From an uncultured delta proteobacterium (GTDB taxonomy: Bacteria; Desulfobacterota; Binatia; Binatales; Binataceae): a DNA stretch of 64,000 nt. The translations under genes were made by a program, and so were the position numbers. The stretch is from the NCBI GenBank assembly GCA_963765675.1, contig CAVXXK010000005.1, positions 4,957-68,956 of the forward strand, read 5' to 3'. Shown here one piece after another: positions 59,252 through 64,000 of the stretch. The notes under the pieces were generated by a model. That model saw nothing but the letters and a program-made list of their open reading frames with translations, was not told the origin of the DNA and searched no databases. The first letter of the stretch is position 1, and every line of letters begins with the position of its first letter.

Positions 59252-60883
59252 TCATGCGTACGACTGAAACAGGCCGCGAAGCGAGCCTTCGATCCGTTCC
59301 AAGGCCGGTTCAATATCTTCGCTGGTGTCGACTTCCAAATGACGACCGGCTCGCACCTCGGTTATCGGTTCGAAATCTGCGCGTTGATTCAAATATATTT
59401 CCGCAGTCGCATCCGAAACCTCACTATCCTTGGTTGCACGCTCGCGCAACCGCCTCAACACTTCGCGCTCAGGCGTTTGGCATTCTACAAACAGGACCGG
59501 TTTTCCGGCCTGTGCGCCGACGCCCAGGGCGTCGCGCCGGTCCTCCGGTCTTTTGAACGTCGCATCGATGATGACCCCGCAACCATCGCATAGGTAATCG
59601 CGCGCTTCTGTCAGCAGAGAGTCATAGGTCAGCCGGTCGAAACTTGGAGAATAGATCCCGGCGCCGTAAGCAGCCCTGGCGCGAGCGGTTTCAGACAAGC
59701 CCGCAAGTCGCTTGCGGATACGATCGGAGCTGAGAATAGTGAACCCGGTGCGGTAGCTGAGTCTTCGGCTGATCGTCGATTTGCCGGTGCCGGCAAGCCC
59801 GCAAACGATCACGAGCGCCGGCCTGCCGCGCAATGCGTAACGAAACGCCAGGGAGAAATTGGCACGCGCGCGCTCGCGCGCCTGCTCGCGCTCCGACGGC
59901 GGCACTTCATCCTCAAGACTTTTGATGCTCTCCACTTTACCGCGAACGCAGGCGCGGTAGCATTTGTAAAACGTGGTCAAGGTTGCGAGCGTCTCATCCC
60001 CGGATTCTTTTGCGTAGGTATCGATCAATTCATCGGCCAAATGCGGAGCGCCCAGCGCGTCGAGGTCCATCGCCAAAAATGCGATGTCCGAAGCGACGTC
60101 GCCGTAACGCAGGCGTTCGCTGAATTCGACGCAATCGAAGATCTGAATTCCATTGCTCATGCAGACGTGTTCGCATCTGAGGTCTCCATGCCCCTCTCGC
60201 ACACGTCCCGCGCGGACTCGATCGTTCAGCAATGCCCAGTGCGCTCCGATGAAGCCTTTCAGATAATCTTCGATTGCGGAGAACTGCGGCCTGGTAACTG
60301 TGTAACCCGCAAAGCGCTCGCTCTCATCGAGGTTGCCGAGTACTGAGCGCCAAACTGACGTTGCAGACCCATAACGCAAGCCGCCGGCGGTAGAAGCCTC
60401 GCGATGAAAGGCGGCCAGGGTTTTCGCAAGAGCCTCGATCATCGCGGCGTTCGCTTCTCCGGAACGTAGCAACCGGTCAAGCATTCGGCTGTCCGGAAGC
60501 CGCCGCATCTTGACCGCATACTCGTGTGCCTGAGGATTGAAGTCGCGACTCTCCGCGCCCAGAACAAAGCGCTCGCCTTCGCGGAGGATTGGCAGAACGC
60601 CGAGATAGACTTCGCGCGCAAGACGCCGATTCAGGCGTACCTCTTCGCGACAGAGCGCATAGCGAGTAGCGAGAGTGGAACAGTCGGCAAAATCAAACCG
60701 AACCGGCTTCTTGATCTTGTAGACGTACTCATCCGCGAGGAACACACAAGACATATGAGTTTGCCTGAATTCGACCCGTGAAGGGTGATCCGGATAAAAT
60801 TCCGGCCTCATCATCGCGTCCACGAGGCGCGCAGTGGGCGCCCTTGCGCTGGCTCCTCCGTCAGGCATCGCCAACCCTCTCAA
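59252..60883 (-). CDS. bifunctional aminoglycoside phosphotransferase-like / P-loop ATP-binding protein
   Basis: The N-terminal kinase-like domain has YKIKKP..., HGDLRCEHV and FDCVEF. The C-terminal P-loop kinase domain has VCGLAGTGKSTISRRL. Confidence 0.8.
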   Translation of the reverse strand: MRGLAMPDGGASARAPTARLVDAMMRPEFYPDHPSRVEFRQTHMSCVFLADEYVYKIKKPVRFDFADCSTLATRYALCREEVRLNRRLAREVYLGVLPILREGERFVLGAESRDFNPQAHEYAVKMRRLPDSRMLDRLLRSGEANAAMIEALAKTLAAFHREASTAGGLRYGSATSVWRSVLGNLDESERFAGYTVTRPQFSAIEDYLKGFIGAHWALLNDRVRAGRVREGHGDLRCEHVCMSNGIQIFDCVEFSERLRYGDVASDIAFLAMDLDALGAPHLADELIDTYAKESGDETLATLTTFYKCYRACVRGKVESIKSLEDEVPPSEREQARERARANFSLAFRYALRGRPALVIVCGLAGTGKSTISRRLSYRTGFTILSSDRIRKRLAGLSETARARAAYGAGIYSPSFDRLTYDSLLTEARDYLCDGCGVIIDATFKRPEDRRDALGVGAQAGKPVLFVECQTPEREVLRRLRERATKDSEVSDATAEIYLNQRADFEPITEVRAGRHLEVDTSEDIEPALERIEGSLRGLFQSYA

Positions 60884-61686
60884 TCCTCTTCCAGGAACGC
60901 TCTGAGGATGTCGCTGGCAGTGATCATCCCGACTAATTGACCGTCTTCCAGCACGGGCAAGCCATCGACTTTCCTTTCGGATAGAATTCGCGCGGCGTCA
61001 TGGACCGGCGTCGTCGGCGACACCGTCACCGGATCTTCACCCATCGCTACCCGAACTTCGGTATGCTCCAGACTGGATGAGTATTTGTACAGGTCGTGAT
61101 AACTGACAAGGCCGGCTAGACGCCCCTTTTCGATCACCGGCGCGCAGCGAAAATTGCCCTCTTGCATGCGTGCTTGAACGGTTGAGAGTTTCTCGTCCGG
61201 AGTAGTCGTCACAGGGTTAGAACTCATCCATCTGGCGACAAGATGTTTGTCCGCTTCGCCGCGGCGAACGCAGAGCACGGGGCATGGCGCCGCGCGAAGA
61301 ACCATTTCCGCCACGCTGCCGAGCATGACGCGAGAAAATCCCCGCCGCCCATGCGTCGCCATTACGATCAGGTCGGCCGCGCTCCGCTTGGCAATCCTGA
61401 GGATTCCGCCAGCAGGATCGCCCATGTAAGTCAGTTGCTCGGACTTAATACCCGGAAGTCGCTGGGTCGCAATTTCGCGCAGTTTCTCCCGCGCCGCTTC
61501 CTCCTGTCCCTGGTAGATGTCGACATAGACAGGCATACCGGTCGGTGGAATTACCATTGGCACGACGTGCAGCAACAGGATTGTGCCGTCATTTTGGTGA
61601 GCGATCCGTGTTGCCACATCTAAGGCCGCCAGAGAGCTGTCGTCGAAATCGACCGGGCTCAGGATTCTCCTGAATGGAAAGGGCAT
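60880..61686 (-). CDS. universal stress protein - CBS pair fusion protein
   Basis: The USP domain has RILSPVDFDDSS...LLLHVV...MATHGRRGFSRVMLGSVAEMVLRAAPCPVLCV. It is followed by two CBS repeats (APVIEKGRLAGLVSYHDL; LPVLEDGQLVGMITASDIL). Confidence 0.85.
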   Translation of the reverse strand: MPFPFRRILSPVDFDDSSLAALDVATRIAHQNDGTILLLHVVPMVIPPTGMPVYVDIYQGQEEAAREKLREIATQRLPGIKSEQLTYMGDPAGGILRIAKRSAADLIVMATHGRRGFSRVMLGSVAEMVLRAAPCPVLCVRRGEADKHLVARWMSSNPVTTTPDEKLSTVQARMQEGNFRCAPVIEKGRLAGLVSYHDLYKYSSSLEHTEVRVAMGEDPVTVSPTTPVHDAARILSERKVDGLPVLEDGQLVGMITASDILRAFLEED

Positions 61687-61900
61687 TGAAACGCCTCCGT
61701 TTCTGAAACAACTCGCAATACTCTATAGCCAGCGTCGTGCCAGCCGATCTCAGGCAGGGTCTCGGACAACTCCCGGCGCGACGATTCGGGTGCCCTTTGG
61801 ATGCACGCGATGCTTTTTCAGAGTGTATCGAACGGAGCCAATCTTCAGTTTGCCTTTGGCAAGCGATTTGCGACGATTTTGAAGCAACGAGGAGGACTCA

Positions 61901-62293
61901 ATGGACATTACCCACTGGATGACTTGCAACCCTGTTTGCGTAACGTCTCACGACACGCTGGCCAAGGCCAAGTCGCTGATGGATGCTGGACACTTCCGGC
62001 GGCTTCCAGTTATGGATCGCGGAAAGCTCGAAGCAATTATCACCGAGCGCGACATTCGCCAGCATCTGGGCCACCTCGACTCGACCAAAGTGAGTGCGGC
62101 GATGACGCCGAATCCGATCACGATCACTTCACGCATCACGGCGGAAGATGCGACCCGCTTGATGCTCCAGCATAAAATCGGCGGACTACCAGTCATCGAG
62201 AACGGCAAACTCGTCGGGATCGTAAGCACCAGCGATCTGCTAAGAGCACTTCTGGATGTGCTGCAGGCGGCCCAACATATAATGGACGCTTGA
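61901..62293 (+). CDS. CBS domain pair protein
   Basis: RRLPVMDRGKLEAIITERDI and GGLPVIENGKLVGIVSTSDLL; 130 aa. Confidence 0.85.
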   Translation: MDITHWMTCNPVCVTSHDTLAKAKSLMDAGHFRRLPVMDRGKLEAIITERDIRQHLGHLDSTKVSAAMTPNPITITSRITAEDATRLMLQHKIGGLPVIENGKLVGIVSTSDLLRALLDVLQAAQHIMDA

Positions 62294-62406
62294 GGCCGCT
62301 ACATCGTATCCTCGCCCAAATAGGGATTTCCGCCAAATGCCGCCATTTTGGTGATTTCTATCTCGATCAAGCCGCGCTTACATGACGCTTCATATTCAGA
62401 AACCGA

Positions 62407-62994
62407 TCAAGCGATCTCGTCACGGGCCGAGTTATCCTGCCTGACCGTGAGCACCGGGCACGCGGCTTCCCTGATCACCCGCTCTGCGACACTGCCCAGG
62501 AAAAGGCGCGGAACCCCGCGGCGTCCATGCGTGCCTATCACGATCAGATCTGCCTTCAATCCTGACTGAACCGCGTTCACTCTTTCGGCAACATCACCCG
62601 TCGTGACGAACAGGTCATATCGAATATCGTGAAGCTGCCGGTCGGCGATTTCCTTAATCCTCCGTTTGGCCGAATGTTCTTCCGTATCCCAATCAGGAAC
62701 GGATATGCCCGCGGTGGAACATGTATGAAGGAGATAAAGTTCTGCGGCGTTTTGAGACGCCAACCGGCCCGCCATGCCGAGCGCCTTCAGCGAGTTCTCG
62801 TCAAAATCAATCGGGCACAGAATTCGATGAAAGAGTTTCAACGGCTCCCCCTGTTGACGATCTGTCGCCGCTCGCTTCTCTGCGCGACCGCGTAGCTGCG
62901 TTAGCAGCTTCTCGTCTCTCTGTGCGGCCCACTGACGCTCACGCGCCTGCTCCGCCTGCCGAAGTTTCTCCCCGTACCGATCCTTTTCGTCCAT
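62407..62994 (-). CDS. universal stress protein with N-terminal charged coiled-coil extension
   Basis: RILCPIDFDENS...LYLLH...VIGTHGRRGVPRLFLGSVAERVIREAACPVLTV. Confidence 0.85.
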   Translation of the reverse strand: MDEKDRYGEKLRQAEQARERQWAAQRDEKLLTQLRGRAEKRAATDRQQGEPLKLFHRILCPIDFDENSLKALGMAGRLASQNAAELYLLHTCSTAGISVPDWDTEEHSAKRRIKEIADRQLHDIRYDLFVTTGDVAERVNAVQSGLKADLIVIGTHGRRGVPRLFLGSVAERVIREAACPVLTVRQDNSARDEIA

Positions 62995-63519
62995 GGATGT
63001 TGTACCTCTAGCGCTATGGCCAACTGGTCACGCAGACTCGCCTCCGGTTCGTGATCTCGGCAATCATTGTGCCATTACCATTTCCTTAGTGTGTGGGCGG
63101 GCGGGGAGAACTGATGCTCCGTGATTATGACGCTTAAATGCACAGCCCTCCTGACACAGGTTGGTTCCTAAAGCACCATCGATCCTGCGCCGCGGCGAGC
63201 GATCTGCAATAGCCCCAAGGGAACTGATGCTGGCAGAATTCTTGCGATGACGGTCTCTCAGTTCAGCGACACCGGCTCTCAACAACAGGGCGCCCTGAAC
63301 TTACGCTGATTCTTCGATGACCAGATCCTCGGCTATGCTGATTTGTCCTGGGCTCTGGCAGATACGCGAATGGGCTCCGCACGCGCCGTCGGCGTCCACC
63401 ACTATATTTCTAAACCGATCGACGCGGGGCGCTTCTCGCAAGTAGTCTCCTTTCTCGAGCTCCGGACACCGGCCATCATTGCGATTCGGCGCTCGACTCA
63501 TCCGAGGAGTACTGCACCC

Positions 63520-64000
63520 ATGAAAGCGTTCGTCATGAAAAGCTTAAACCGGGTTGGATTCATCGATAAACCCGTCGCCAAACCGGGCATCCGCGACGCG
63601 ATTATCAAAACGACCAAGGCGCTGATATGCACATCCGACTCACACACTGTGCGCGGAGCGATCGGTCCAAGGGAAAACCTGACCCTCGGGCACGAAGCGG
63701 TCGGCGTAGTCCATGAAATCGGATCTGAAGTCCGGCTGTTCAAGCCGGGAGACCGTGTGGTCGTGGGAGCCATCACGCCCGATTGGAGTGATATGGCTTC
63801 CCAGGCGGGCCATTCCTCACAATCCGGAGGACCGTTGGGAGGCTGGAAATTCGCCAACGGTAAAGACGGGGTATTCGCCGAATACTTTCATGTTAACGAC
63901 GCTGACGCCAACATGGCTCGCATCCCCGACAGCGTCACCGATGAATGCGCGGTGTACTGTTGTGACATGATGTCAACCGGATTCATGGCCGCGGAAAACG
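63520..64000 (+). CDS. zinc-dependent NAD(P)-alcohol dehydrogenase (TbADH/CbADH-like secondary ADH), 5' part; runs off right edge
   Basis: Own translation from ATG 63520 (GAGGAG 10 nt upstream): MKAFVMKSLNRVGFIDKPVAKPGIRDAIIKTTKALICTSDSHTV...LGHEAVGVVHEIGSEVRLFKPGDRVVV...GWKFANGKDGVFAEYFHVNDADANMA. It is nearly collinear with the Thermoanaerobacter brockii secondary ADH N-terminus as I recall it (CTSDIHTV, GHEAVG, GWKFSN.KDGVFGEYFHVNDAD). Confidence 0.88.
   Translation, partial: MKAFVMKSLNRVGFIDKPVAKPGIRDAIIKTTKALICTSDSHTVRGAIGPRENLTLGHEAVGVVHEIGSEVRLFKPGDRVVVGAITPDWSDMASQAGHSSQSGGPLGGWKFANGKDGVFAEYFHVNDADANMARIPDSVTDECAVYCCDMMSTGFMAAEN

Noticed and set aside
63301-63501. 66-aa minus-strand ORF with a faintly ferredoxin-like stretch (VVDADGACGAHSRICQSPG).
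   Set aside because: It has only three Cys residues with no Fe-S spacing. Its start codon would lie 18 nt from the divergent ADH start. The evidence is insufficient to call it.
63498-63857. 119-aa minus-strand ORF.
   Set aside because: It is antisense to the TbADH-like alcohol dehydrogenase, whose plus-strand translation is nearly collinear with known secondary ADHs.

Overview
GC-rich bacterial chromosomal window with about 50 genes. I recognised no rRNA, tRNA, CRISPR array, transposase or integrase. LEFT (1-19.8 kb, all minus strand): an orphan hybrid NRPS-PKS gene cluster that runs off the left edge. It contains a Crp/Fnr regulator, a CmlA-like diiron MBL-fold protein, a stand-alone A-T, an 8.2-kb KS-AT-ACP-aminotransferase-C-A(Gly)-T megasynthase, a C-C-A(degenerate)-T-TE NRPS whose TE is split by a frame change, a TIGR04325-like methyltransferase and a sulfotransferase. 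MIDDLE (20-46 kb): redox and catabolic genes. These are a VOC protein, an LLM oxidoreductase, two SDRs, two aldo/keto reductases, a Baeyer-Villiger monooxygenase, a Ycf46-like AAA+ ATPase, GSTs, a ZIP transporter, a secreted DUF2844/DUF3443 pair, a carboxylesterase, a cNMP-patatin protein, a carotenoid/lignostilbene-type dioxygenase, an amidohydrolase, a crotonase, ppa and an Fpg/Nei glycosylase. RIGHT (46.8-64 kb): a GH30 glycosidase, a complete N-type ATPase operon (atpD-C-Q-R-B-E-F-A-G), an alpha-glucan phosphorylase, a USP/CBS/kinase-like stress island, and a TbADH-like alcohol dehydrogenase that runs off the right edge. Three further observations: five genes carry single frame disruptions, one FMN-reductase gene survives only as a deletion remnant, and a family of long nested-palindromic repeats sits at convergent gene junctions. 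All family assignments come from motif reading by eye; no database search was run.
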